DNA of 64,000 bases from a virus: positions 16,023 to 80,022 of IMG/VR virus record IMGVR_UViG_3300035179_000003; one strand, written 5' to 3'. Shown here piece after piece: positions 30,788-39,732 of the stretch. The position numbers were made by a program, and so were the translations under genes. Within the stretch, counting starts at the first letter, position 1. Every line of letters starts with the position of its first letter. The notes below the pieces were generated by a model. It saw only the letters and a program-made list of their open reading frames with translations. It searched no databases and had not been told where the DNA came from.

Positions 30788-31951
30788 ATGATAACAAAAT
30801 TAACAAAAAAGCAAGAATTAAAAATCCCTGAATATTTCGAGAAGTGGAATAAAATAGCATTTGACAATAAAGCTATTGATAGGAAAAAAGCAAAAATGTT
30901 ATTGAAAAAATATTTAGGTTTTGCTGATATAAAACCAGAAATATTTTTGTTTTTGGATTCTCCAATGACATGTGAATTAGCGATTAATATATTGAAAAAT
31001 ATAGGAGATTCGCAGTTGGATTTGCAGTTGGATTCGCAGTTGGATTCGCAGTTGTGTTCGCAGTTGTATTCGCAGTTGTATTCGCAGTTGGATTCGCAGT
31101 TGTGTTCGCAGTTGTATTCGCAGTTGGATTCGCAGTTGTATTCGCAGTTGCATTTGCAATTGTGTTCACAGTTGCATTCGCAGTTGCATTTGCAGTTGGA
31201 TTTGAAAAAAAAAAAATATTATAGCTTGGAATGGTTTTATCAAAGTGGGAATATTTGTTCTGGGTATTGTTGTTTTTATGATTATTTAGGTTCTGAGTTA
31301 ATATCTTTAGACAAAAAAACTAATGTTGTATTTGATATTTTTAAAAATATAACAAAAGAGTTACATTTTTTCTTTGTTTTCGAAAAAATTGTGTTTATTT
31401 CAGAAAAGCCTAAGTATATAAAATATAATAGTAATAATCAATTACATTGTGAGAGCGGTCCATCTGTAGAGTATGGTGATGGGTATAGTATGTACAATTT
31501 AAATGGTGTTTTAGTAAATAGAAATATAGTAGAAACATCATTTGATAGATTGGATGCAAGACTTTTATTGTCAGAGAGAAATGCAGAAGTCCGCAGGGAA
31601 ATTGTAAGAAAAATAGGCATAGAGCGTATATGTAAAGATTTGGGAGCACAGGTAATTGAAAAGGGAACAGATCAAATTGGTCAGCCATGTGAATTATTAA
31701 AGTTGGATATAGGAGATGGGAATAAGAGGCCATATTTGAAAATGATAAATCCGTCTATTGGAACATATCATATAGAAGGAGTTCCGCCCGGTTGTGATAC
31801 AATTGAGAAAGCATTTAATAGTAGAAAGCCGAAAGTAATAAGAGATATACCTATTAATGATAAAGGTAAAAATTGGTATCAACAAGGTGATGTTTATATA
31901 TGGCCGAAAAATGTAAAAAGTTTAAAAAAAAATCCTAAAATATTAACATAA
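30788..31951 (+). CDS. DUF6745-like phage protein with SQLx repeats
   Basis: RBS AGGAG before ATG 30788; LHCESGPSVEYGDG and ERNAEVRR motifs. Confidence 0.7.
   Translation: MITKLTKKQELKIPEYFEKWNKIAFDNKAIDRKKAKMLLKKYLGFADIKPEIFLFLDSPMTCELAINILKNIGDSQLDLQLDSQLDSQLCSQLYSQLYSQLDSQLCSQLYSQLDSQLYSQLHLQLCSQLHSQLHLQLDLKKKKYYSLEWFYQSGNICSGYCCFYDYLGSELISLDKKTNVVFDIFKNITKELHFFFVFEKIVFISEKPKYIKYNSNNQLHCESGPSVEYGDGYSMYNLNGVLVNRNIVETSFDRLDARLLLSERNAEVRREIVRKIGIERICKDLGAQVIEKGTDQIGQPCELLKLDIGDGNKRPYLKMINPSIGTYHIEGVPPGCDTIEKAFNSRKPKVIRDIPINDKGKNWYQQGDVYIWPKNVKSLKKNPKILT
31010..31201 (+). repeat. 16 x 12-bp coding tandem repeat (TCGCAGTTGNAT)
   Basis: Directly visible; encodes (S/L)QL(D/C/Y/H). Confidence 0.95.
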
Positions 31952-31961
31952 AGGAGTTGTT

Positions 31962-32204
31962 ATGAAAAAGAAATTAGATCGTCCGGTATTGGCAGAGGGA
32001 GAAATGACGGGACATGCCCATATGTTGGATGGTGAAGTTGATGTTTATGATATCGATATGATAAGGGAGTTTACTTTGAAAGATGAAACAAGGTTGGTTC
32101 ATGAGGAGCATGAAACAATAGAGATCCCTCCCGGTGAATACCAGTCGGATACCGCTGTTGAATACGATCATTTTGCCGAAGAGGCAAAAAAGGTTCGAGA
32201 TTAA
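31962..32204 (+). CDS. Small partner protein of DUF6745-like genes
   Basis: VLAEGE.TGHAH...L.HEEH..I.IP.G.Y motif. Confidence 0.65.
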   Translation: MKKKLDRPVLAEGEMTGHAHMLDGEVDVYDIDMIREFTLKDETRLVHEEHETIEIPPGEYQSDTAVEYDHFAEEAKKVRD

Positions 32205-32206
32205 AA

Positions 32207-33205
32207 TTGAGAAAAACTCATTATGAAGCAGCAAGGGAATATCTTAAAGATATCGGTTATGATATTCCCGAGCTTACACGAAAGACAAGGATATCATATC
32301 CTGAAAAAATTACTTTTGCCGAATTTCAAATCTTAATACTAGCAGAAATATCTTCATTAAAATTATTAAGCGATATTCAATTTGCCTATTATAGCAATCT
32401 TTTTTTTCATTTGTGTCAATTAAAAAGAAATGAAGAAAAGATTTTTTATATAACAAAAGACCTATCAGTTAAACTGGCTGATACTAATTTGAATATTTCA
32501 TCAAGATTTCTGAAATCGCCATTTTCTGAAATCTATGTTCAAATTGAACGCGGATTATTTGAAATCATTGATGCGGATGATTTAACAAAGGTCGCTGTAG
32601 ATGGATTTTATGTATTTTTTAACAACCAGGAAATTCGTATAATGGTTGTTGGAATACTTGAATCAACGGAACTGATTCCATTTAATGATAGCGTATTTTA
32701 CTTTCGGTTTGATTTACCGGAAGGAAAATTACATGATATAGTGGAAAGGCAAATGGAAATGGCATCGCCTCAAGAATTAAAAGCGACAAAGGGCGATATT
32801 AATCAACATAAATTAAAAGAATTAACTTTTTTTATTTTTAATGTCTTATTATATATAACCAGTAAAGACCCCGATATTATTAATATGCTACCCGAAAAAG
32901 TGGATATTAGTAATAAAAAATCTAAAAAGAAAATAAAAAAAGCTATTCAAAAAAACAATAAAACGTCTTCATTGCCTTATATTCTTGTAGGCAAAAAAAT
33001 AAAATCGGAAGAAGTAAACGCCGTTGCCAATGCCGGTGGTATCGTTCATTGGAAATTAGAAAAACGTATTTATGTCGAAGGTTATTGGAGAATACAATGG
33101 TATGGAAGTAAAGATGATAAATACGCCAAACACATTTTTATTGAACCATATTATAAAGGGCCGGAATTAGCGGAATTAATCAACAAAAAATATAAAGTCA
33201 TTTAA
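32207..33205 (+). CDS. Hypothetical phage protein (332 aa)
   Basis: C-terminal V.GYWR.QWYG...FIEPYYKG motif. Confidence 0.7.
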   Translation: MRKTHYEAAREYLKDIGYDIPELTRKTRISYPEKITFAEFQILILAEISSLKLLSDIQFAYYSNLFFHLCQLKRNEEKIFYITKDLSVKLADTNLNISSRFLKSPFSEIYVQIERGLFEIIDADDLTKVAVDGFYVFFNNQEIRIMVVGILESTELIPFNDSVFYFRFDLPEGKLHDIVERQMEMASPQELKATKGDINQHKLKELTFFIFNVLLYITSKDPDIINMLPEKVDISNKKSKKKIKKAIQKNNKTSSLPYILVGKKIKSEEVNAVANAGGIVHWKLEKRIYVEGYWRIQWYGSKDDKYAKHIFIEPYYKGPELAELINKKYKVI

Positions 33206-33217
33206 AAAGGAGTTTCT

Positions 33218-33592
33218 ATGGAAAGGAAAAATCTCATCAATCTATTAAAAGGTAATACAAAAATTACCATTTCAGAATTTCGAAAAAAACATCCAGGCAT
33301 TAAAATGTCTGATTTTCAATTTTATGATTGTAGGCGTTTGGCTATGAATAAGCCTTACAAAAGAGACGGAACGACTATTGTAAAAACGTATCGTCGTTCA
33401 TCAATGATATTTAAACTTCTTCCCGTTGAAGAAGTGGAGTATGATGCAAAGAGTATTCAATTAGTTCAAAAACTAATCGATGTAATCAATACAACCGCTG
33501 AAATCAATCAACGCTTAAGTCTTGTTGAGATTGTAAATCATAACGGTGATATAAATAAACTTGAATTTAGAATGAGCCCAAAGAGAGGTTAA
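33218..33592 (+). CDS. Hypothetical protein
   Basis: 124 aa, RBS AGGAG. Confidence 0.7.
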   Translation: MERKNLINLLKGNTKITISEFRKKHPGIKMSDFQFYDCRRLAMNKPYKRDGTTIVKTYRRSSMIFKLLPVEEVEYDAKSIQLVQKLIDVINTTAEINQRLSLVEIVNHNGDINKLEFRMSPKRG

Positions 33593-33599
33593 AAAATTT

Positions 33600-33986
33600 A
33601 TGACAAAAATAGATTTAATACAAAGAATGAGTGATATAGGATGGATTGTCACCAGTCAAGAAAAACTTATTTTTACCAGAAATTTTGGCGGTAGAAAAAG
33701 GGGACGTTCCATAACTATTATGTTTAGTCATAGTGGTAATACCAATCATGTTACTATGTTCCATCCATTTTATAATTTTTATTCCACAATATCACATTTT
33801 AAAAGCGCTTATGAAGATCGAAGATTATCTTTGAATAAAAACTTTTTAATAAAGATAATCAAAGAATTCAAACGCGAAGGTATATGGGATGTGGTTATTA
33901 ACAAGGATTTTCTTGCCGTAAACGATTTTAATAAAAAATCGTCGAAAGCAAAAATAAGAACAGAATTAAAAGAGTTGTTATCGTAA
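33600..33986 (+). CDS. Hypothetical protein
   Basis: 128-aa ORF in operon. Confidence 0.6.
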   Translation: MTKIDLIQRMSDIGWIVTSQEKLIFTRNFGGRKRGRSITIMFSHSGNTNHVTMFHPFYNFYSTISHFKSAYEDRRLSLNKNFLIKIIKEFKREGIWDVVINKDFLAVNDFNKKSSKAKIRTELKELLS

Positions 33987-33987
33987 A

Positions 33988-34057
33988 AACAACCCCAACC
34001 ACCCTGCAAGGTTTTCTCAAGAAATTCCTTCGCCTTGCAGGGGAGTGTTGGGTTTTT
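33988..34057 (+). terminator. Long hairpin followed by a T-tract
   Basis: CCCTGCAAGG/CCTTGCAGGG stem extended by CCAAC/GTTGG, then TTTTT. Confidence 0.55.
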
Positions 34058-34064
34058 ATAGAAA

Positions 34065-34850
34065 GTGGGTTATATGAAAAACATCAGAAGAGGTGTTTTT
34101 GAAACAAATTCGTCAAGCACACATTCCGTTACCATATCAGGTTTTGATCTTATGCTTGATGTATCATTGGTTCCTGATATAAATGGAAATATTATTATTC
34201 AAGGGAAAGAATTCGGATGGAAATGGGAAAAGTTTAATGATGCTTATTCAAAAGCATCATATTGTTTTTTGAATTTTAAAGAACGTCGTGAAGAATTAAA
34301 AGAAATAATAAAAAAACAAACCGGCGCCAATAACGTTATTTTTGACGAACATGACGGATATATCGATCATGTTGGCGAGCATTGTTCTATAGAAAAAATA
34401 GAAGATTTTCATTTTTTTATATTTGATAAAAATTCATGGCTTTTTCTTGGTAACGATAATGAATATGCCCCAAACGAATTCTATGACCTGCCAGGAACAA
34501 AATATAATTATCTTCTTACCACAGAAGGATTACCATTTGTTTTAAAATGGAAATTTAAGGACTTGCCTACAGATGAAGACGCTGAAGAAGCAATTTCTTC
34601 TCTTGTACAAAATATTAGATTTAATCAAACAAAAAATTGCTGGGAAAGAGATTGGATTTTTAGCAATTCCAGAGAAGTATATTATATTTATAGCAAATAT
34701 TATCTTCCGGCAAAAAATAATAAAATCGTTTTTCTCAAAGACAACCTTTATCATGAAGCATATAAATTAAAAACAAAAGTATCCGAATTAATATTGAAAA
34801 AGGAGAATCAAATTGAAATTTCCTATACAATACAAAAACGGAAATGTTAA
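34065..34850 (+). CDS. Conserved phage protein with FETNSSSTHS motif (radical-SAM neighbour)
   Basis: IRRGVFETNSSSTHS N-terminus; GYIDH motif. Confidence 0.7.
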   Translation: MGYMKNIRRGVFETNSSSTHSVTISGFDLMLDVSLVPDINGNIIIQGKEFGWKWEKFNDAYSKASYCFLNFKERREELKEIIKKQTGANNVIFDEHDGYIDHVGEHCSIEKIEDFHFFIFDKNSWLFLGNDNEYAPNEFYDLPGTKYNYLLTTEGLPFVLKWKFKDLPTDEDAEEAISSLVQNIRFNQTKNCWERDWIFSNSREVYYIYSKYYLPAKNNKIVFLKDNLYHEAYKLKTKVSELILKKENQIEISYTIQKRKC

Positions 34851-35670
34851 AATTACTCTCCATTCCGACGGTACTAAAATCAGAACATTTACCGGCGAGC
34901 CAATGCCGGAATTTCCGGAAAGTATTGATCTGAAAATTACCAATAAATGTGATATAAATTGCCCATATTGCCATGAGTCGTCACTACCTGGGGCAAGAGG
35001 CGGTAATATTTATCGTATCATTCAGGAATTAGAAACCCTTCCTCCTGTCGGTATCGAATTGGCAATCGGCGGTGGAAACCCCGGCAGCCATCCCGATCTT
35101 ATATTTCTTTTGGAAACATTAAAAAAAAGAAATTTTATTTGTAACATCACCCTTCATAGGGAACATGCATGGCGTATTGAAGATTTTATACTCCAAGATC
35201 TGGTTCATGGTATCGGAATTTCCGGAGCGAAGGTTCCTGAATTTTTATGGAATAATGTTATTTATCACTTTATTGCTGGAATAAATAATATAGAAGACAT
35301 AGAACCGTTTAAAAAAATTCTTGTTCTTGGTTTTAAAAATTTAGGAAGAGGAAAAAAGTGCAATCAAGAAAAAATTAAAAAAAATCTTGATAGATGGTAT
35401 AAATATATTCCAATGTATTTTAAAGAAAAAATTATTAGTTTTGACAATCTCGCAATTGAACAATTAGGTATAAAAAGATTTTTTACTGATGAAGGATGGA
35501 AATATTTTTACATGGGCGATGATGGCCAATTTTCAATGTATATCGATGGCGTGCGTGGAGAATTTGCTATTTCAAGCACCAGCAAAAAACGCGTCTCGTG
35601 GAATGAGACGTCTATTATAAATTTTTTTCAAAAGGAGTTTTTGTGGACAAAGAACTTAAAGAACTTTTAG
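34813..35670 (+). CDS. Radical SAM protein
   Basis: CDINCPYC motif; AIGGG. Confidence 0.85.
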   Translation: MKFPIQYKNGNVKITLHSDGTKIRTFTGEPMPEFPESIDLKITNKCDINCPYCHESSLPGARGGNIYRIIQELETLPPVGIELAIGGGNPGSHPDLIFLLETLKKRNFICNITLHREHAWRIEDFILQDLVHGIGISGAKVPEFLWNNVIYHFIAGINNIEDIEPFKKILVLGFKNLGRGKKCNQEKIKKNLDRWYKYIPMYFKEKIISFDNLAIEQLGIKRFFTDEGWKYFYMGDDGQFSMYIDGVRGEFAISSTSKKRVSWNETSIINFFQKEFLWTKNLKNF

Positions 35671-35769
35671 AGAGAATCGCAGAAGGCCTTGAGACGATAA
35701 ACATTACCCTGGAAGAACAACTTACTCATATTGACATAACCCTTACCTCATTATTTGAATCCATAAACG

Positions 35770-36015
35770 ATGGGACGTCAAATGGTCCACTTGGTAATGA
35801 CAATGCAGTCGGGGGATAATGGTCCAATTTTTTTAGATGTAATTGGGTGTTTTTCGACGCTTAAACGTGCAAAAGAAATTATTGACATGATCGAATCCGG
35901 GATGAAAATTCCTGGACTCGATTATGATACACTTCAACCATGTGATGGAGTAGCAATGGTTGGATCGTTTGAGATAAATAAAACCGTTAGGAAGACAAAA
36001 CATGAATTGGGATAA
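35770..36015 (+). CDS. Hypothetical protein
   Basis: 81-aa ORF. Confidence 0.45.
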   Translation: MGRQMVHLVMTMQSGDNGPIFLDVIGCFSTLKRAKEIIDMIESGMKIPGLDYDTLQPCDGVAMVGSFEINKTVRKTKHELG

Positions 36016-36928
36016 AATTAATAAAATAGTAAAAGAAGCAAAAAATACGATAGATGGAAAAATTAAAAATCATTTATGCGCTTTTGACAATTGCATTACC
36101 AGGACCAGGGGCAAGGATAAGTATTGTAAAAGACATAAAAAAAGCTTCAAATCAATAATATTTATATTATTAAGCGCCATGATATATGCGGAACAACCAA
36201 AATCCATAGGACCAACCGTTGAATTTATTTCTAAACGATTTCATATGCAGGAACCAAATTATCTTATATTCGGATTTCAAAAATCCGATTCCAGTATTAA
36301 ATATAAAAATCAGGTAAAAATTCTTATAAGTATGAAATTTGACATTGTCGATTGGAAACTGGATTCGATTAAGAAGTTTCAAATTACCTTTGGGTATCGC
36401 CAAAAAAGTTTCTGGAACGTATACGATGGCGCCGTAAGTCGTCCTATGTACGAGAATGATTATAGTCCATCATTCTATTGTTCTTATCAAACTATGGCTC
36501 GCGCGCTTCCTATAGCTTTCCTGGGCGGTTATGTCCATGAATCAAATGGTAATACCGATAAATTATCCAGAAGCTGGGATAGAATTTGTAGTAGCATGTC
36601 GCTTGGAAATTTAGAATCAAACCAGGCTTTTGCCCAACTTGATTTGTGGTATCCATGGGGAATGGAAGAAAATCCTGAAATATGGAAACATTATGGAATT
36701 GGGGAATTAACCATTTATTATAAACCATATAATTTCTTTTGCTGTTCAATAATTTGGAAAATAATTTCTGATAATTTTGAATTTGGATTTTATGGAAATC
36801 CGTTTTATCGGACGAAAACAATCAAACCGACTATTTATATTCAGTTATATATCGGCAGTGGTGAAAATATGTCGGATTATAAAGAAAGGCATACATGTTT
36901 ACGAATAGGAATGGCGACATTATTGTAG
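36002..36928 (+). CDS. pldA: Outer-membrane phospholipase A1 (OMPLA)-like protein with an extra N-terminal segment
   Basis: Active-site motif HESNG....SRSWDR; YRQKSFW, ENDYSP, Y.G.GE...DY; signal-like IIFILLSAMIYA. Confidence 0.8.
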   Translation: MNWDKINKIVKEAKNTIDGKIKNHLCAFDNCITRTRGKDKYCKRHKKSFKSIIFILLSAMIYAEQPKSIGPTVEFISKRFHMQEPNYLIFGFQKSDSSIKYKNQVKILISMKFDIVDWKLDSIKKFQITFGYRQKSFWNVYDGAVSRPMYENDYSPSFYCSYQTMARALPIAFLGGYVHESNGNTDKLSRSWDRICSSMSLGNLESNQAFAQLDLWYPWGMEENPEIWKHYGIGELTIYYKPYNFFCCSIIWKIISDNFEFGFYGNPFYRTKTIKPTIYIQLYIGSGENMSDYKERHTCLRIGMATLL

Positions 36929-37335
36929 CAAGTTGTAAAAAAGAAGCAATCGGTAAAGTATATAATGAGATAAGTTTTCCAGATAATAAAATTTTTGAAG
37001 GCTGTCTTCCAATTACTAATATCTTATCATTTCGCTCCTCAGAAACTATTTTAGAAATAAATAAATATAGTTATCATTATTCATGGTTAAATATATTAAA
37101 CCCGGATTATGGAACAATAAAAAATGTTCCCAAAGACAAGCGGGATGAATATTGTAGTTTTGTAGAAAAAATGACTTCATTTATTGGCAAAAGACTTATG
37201 TTTATAAAAAAGAACGAGCCTGATAGAACTATATATCAAATGATCGGTGATGGATCATGGCTTTTTGCCGAACAATGGATAAATTTTTCAATAATTTCTA
37301 TAAAAATTTTAGGAGAGGATATTCATATTTTATGA
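36895..37335 (+). CDS. Hypothetical protein
   Basis: 146-aa ORF, RBS AAAGG. Confidence 0.5.
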   Translation: MFTNRNGDIIVASCKKEAIGKVYNEISFPDNKIFEGCLPITNILSFRSSETILEINKYSYHYSWLNILNPDYGTIKNVPKDKRDEYCSFVEKMTSFIGKRLMFIKKNEPDRTIYQMIGDGSWLFAEQWINFSIISIKILGEDIHIL

Positions 37336-37495
37336 CAAGAAAAGGATTTCCAACAATTGAAAATGCAAAACAAGCTACGGAAAAACGATTAAAATATTGG
37401 AAGATTTATTTACAAAAACCAATAGACGACGATGAGAAAATTGTTGTTGATATAATTAACGAAAGATTAAAAAAAAATAAAAGGAGATTTTAAAA

Positions 37496-37753
37496 TTGGA
37501 AAATAAAGAATGGTTAGAAGCTGTAAAATTATTAAAAAATCCAGAAATCATCTCTTTTATTAAGAGAAAAAAATCATATTGGTGCAGAAATAAAAGGGGA
37601 ACGTTCGGAAAAGAAGTTCCCCAAGAAATTATAATCCAATGGATTTCTGAAAAAATCATCAGTCAAATCGTTGTTGGATTACATAAACAACCAATAGAAG
37701 AACTCTGCAAACTAAGAGAAAAATACCATGAAAAGATATCTGTTAAAGATTGA
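37496..37753 (+). CDS. Hypothetical protein
   Basis: 85 aa, RBS AGGAG. Confidence 0.55.
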   Translation: MENKEWLEAVKLLKNPEIISFIKRKKSYWCRNKRGTFGKEVPQEIIIQWISEKIISQIVVGLHKQPIEELCKLREKYHEKISVKD

Positions 37754-37928
37754 AAATAACACCACGCCTTATGTCAGTTATTCTTTTAAAAACGATAAAA
37801 AAAGAATCGAAATGGCAAAAGAACACAGAATAATTGATCGGGAAAAAAGAGATGGATTATTCCGAGTAGATGTTTTTAAAAATGGAAAAATCAGGGTTGA
37901 ATCTTTTAAAGCCATAAAACTCAAGTGA
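37728..37928 (+). CDS. Hypothetical protein; 3' end clipped by the mini-IS
   Basis: Removing 37925-38158 restores ...KLNTGA* abutting ATG 38172. Confidence 0.55.
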   Translation: MKRYLLKIENNTTPYVSYSFKNDKKRIEMAKEHRIIDREKRDGLFRVDVFKNGKIRVESFKAIKLK

Positions 37929-38158
37929 CTGCTCCCAAGCATTTTTTCTAAGTGCAAGAGTTTCATTGTATACCCAACGAGTTTGTTCCAAGATATTGCT
38001 CATCTTGGTGGTTTGGAATTTGGTGGGGTATAATCGGTATTTGAAAGTTTTGCGCATTAGAGGTAATATATTACATTTTGCACAAAGAGTGTGACTATTT
38101 TTAATAGATAGTACTGGTTCGCTTTCATCCCACGGTTAAAACCGTGGGTTTTCTCGCT
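37925..38158 (-). mobile_element. Internally deleted IS605-type TnpB mini-element
   Basis: Left-end hairpin CCCACGGTTTTAACCGTGGG; TnpB N-terminal fragment MRKTFKYRLYPT; ends in the right-end-like GGGAGCAGTCAC. Confidence 0.8.
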
Positions 38159-38171
38159 CACAGGAGCATAA

Positions 38172-38510
38172 ATGATTAAACTTGAAGATTGTAAAGATGG
38201 ATTTCTTTATTTTATTGAAGCCAGAAATGCAACAATCGGAATTTATGATAAAAAAGAATTAGGATTTATAATAAGTAGACATAAATTTAAAAGTAATTTT
38301 CTATTTATAGAATATCATTGGGATATTGGTAAAATAAAACCAGACATGGAATATTTTGGTACTGTTAAACCACTTAAAGAACTTTGTCCCACAAATATAT
38401 CTTTTTTATCAGAAGATGAAAAATTAAAATTTTTAAATGAGATGGAAATATCTAAAAAAGATGAAATAGATATCTATAAATGCGACAACCCTGAAACGGA
38501 GATTTATTAA
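38172..38510 (+). CDS. Hypothetical phage protein
   Basis: 112 aa, RBS AGGAG. Confidence 0.65.
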   Translation: MIKLEDCKDGFLYFIEARNATIGIYDKKELGFIISRHKFKSNFLFIEYHWDIGKIKPDMEYFGTVKPLKELCPTNISFLSEDEKLKFLNEMEISKKDEIDIYKCDNPETEIY

Positions 38511-39043
38511 TGTTTTTTTTCACTGCAGATCAACATTTTAATCATGAACGAATTATAAATTATTGCCATAGACCATTTATTGATATTGTCGAAATGAACG
38601 AAGTATTAATTAATAAATGGAATAATAAGGTAACGCCAAAAGATTCCGTTTATGTTCTCGGTGATTTTTATTTTAAAGATTTGCCATCGTATCATTATTA
38701 TGATATACGAAATAGATTAAATGGAAAAATATTTCTTATTACCGGAGATCATGATGATTATATAGGCTCGCCGTCTTCTTACCAATTAGAAACAAAAACG
38801 CCATATCTTTTCTTAAACAATCAAATTGCCTTATTTCATTGGTGTATCAGGAATTGGCAAAGATCGCATTTTAATTCCTGGCATTTATATGGACATAGCC
38901 ATGGGAAATTATTTCCTATTGGTAAATCATGGGACGTCGGCGTTGATAATAATAATTTCGAACCGTTGTCATATAGGGAAATTGAAACGATTATGAATAA
39001 TCGTCCCGATAATCCAAACCATATCAAAAAGGAAAAATCATGA
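38510..39043 (+). CDS. Calcineurin-like metallophosphoesterase
   Basis: FTADQHF, LGDF, GDHD, HLYGHSH, DVGVD. Confidence 0.85.
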   Translation: MFFFTADQHFNHERIINYCHRPFIDIVEMNEVLINKWNNKVTPKDSVYVLGDFYFKDLPSYHYYDIRNRLNGKIFLITGDHDDYIGSPSSYQLETKTPYLFLNNQIALFHWCIRNWQRSHFNSWHLYGHSHGKLFPIGKSWDVGVDNNNFEPLSYREIETIMNNRPDNPNHIKKEKS

Positions 39044-39237
39044 AAAAATACAAAGTCACGGTTGAAAAGCAAACATATCAAAACGGATCCGTCGAAATTG
39101 TTGCTGAAGACGAAAAAAAAGCTATTGAAAAAGTAAACATATTGATTATGGGAGGCAAATTACAAACTACCAATATAAAATGGGACGACCCAGTTTATAT
39201 CGATTTTAGTTTTCAAACGACGGGAGATGTAGAATAA
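39040..39237 (+). CDS. Hypothetical protein
   Basis: 65 aa, coupled. Confidence 0.55.
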   Translation: MKKYKVTVEKQTYQNGSVEIVAEDEKKAIEKVNILIMGGKLQTTNIKWDDPVYIDFSFQTTGDVE

Positions 39238-39269
39238 AATTTTTAAATGAATAAAAAAAGGAATTTCTT

Positions 39270-39665
39270 ATGTCAAAATTAATAGATTATGTTTTAAGCC
39301 ACACAGAACGCGGAGAATGTATTTGTGGAAAATGTTGTGATTCTTTAGGATCGCAACAACCCGATGGTCATACGGTTGATTTAACATTTTTCAAAGTAAA
39401 AGCAATTAATAATGCGGATGCCAAAGAATTTCTAGCTTTGATAAATGATGGATATTCAAATCTGCTTGATGGAAAAGAATATAATTACTTAACACTTGGC
39501 GGAATTCTTGGAAGTCAGGAGGCTGCACTAATGACCATAGGACTTGGCCATTTACTTGGAATATGGTCAGCGCTTACTCCGGAAATCATGATGCCGTTTT
39601 TATCTAAAGATTTAAAATTACAAATGGCTAGATGTGGTATGGTTGCATTACAAAAAAAAGAATAA
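39270..39665 (+). CDS. Hypothetical phage protein
   Basis: 131 aa, RBS AAGGA. Confidence 0.65.
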   Translation: MSKLIDYVLSHTERGECICGKCCDSLGSQQPDGHTVDLTFFKVKAINNADAKEFLALINDGYSNLLDGKEYNYLTLGGILGSQEAALMTIGLGHLLGIWSALTPEIMMPFLSKDLKLQMARCGMVALQKKE

Positions 39666-39697
39666 AATAGATTTTAGTTTTAAAACAACTATTAACT

Positions 39698-39732
39698 AAA
39701 AAAGGGGATAAATCCTATCCCCCCTTTTTTTT
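39698..39732. terminator. Bidirectional intrinsic terminator
   Basis: A6-GGGGATA/TATCCCC-T8 between convergent genes. Confidence 0.8.

Noticed and set aside
31010-31201. CRISPR array
   Set aside because: Contiguous 12-bp units without spacers, in frame within a CDS
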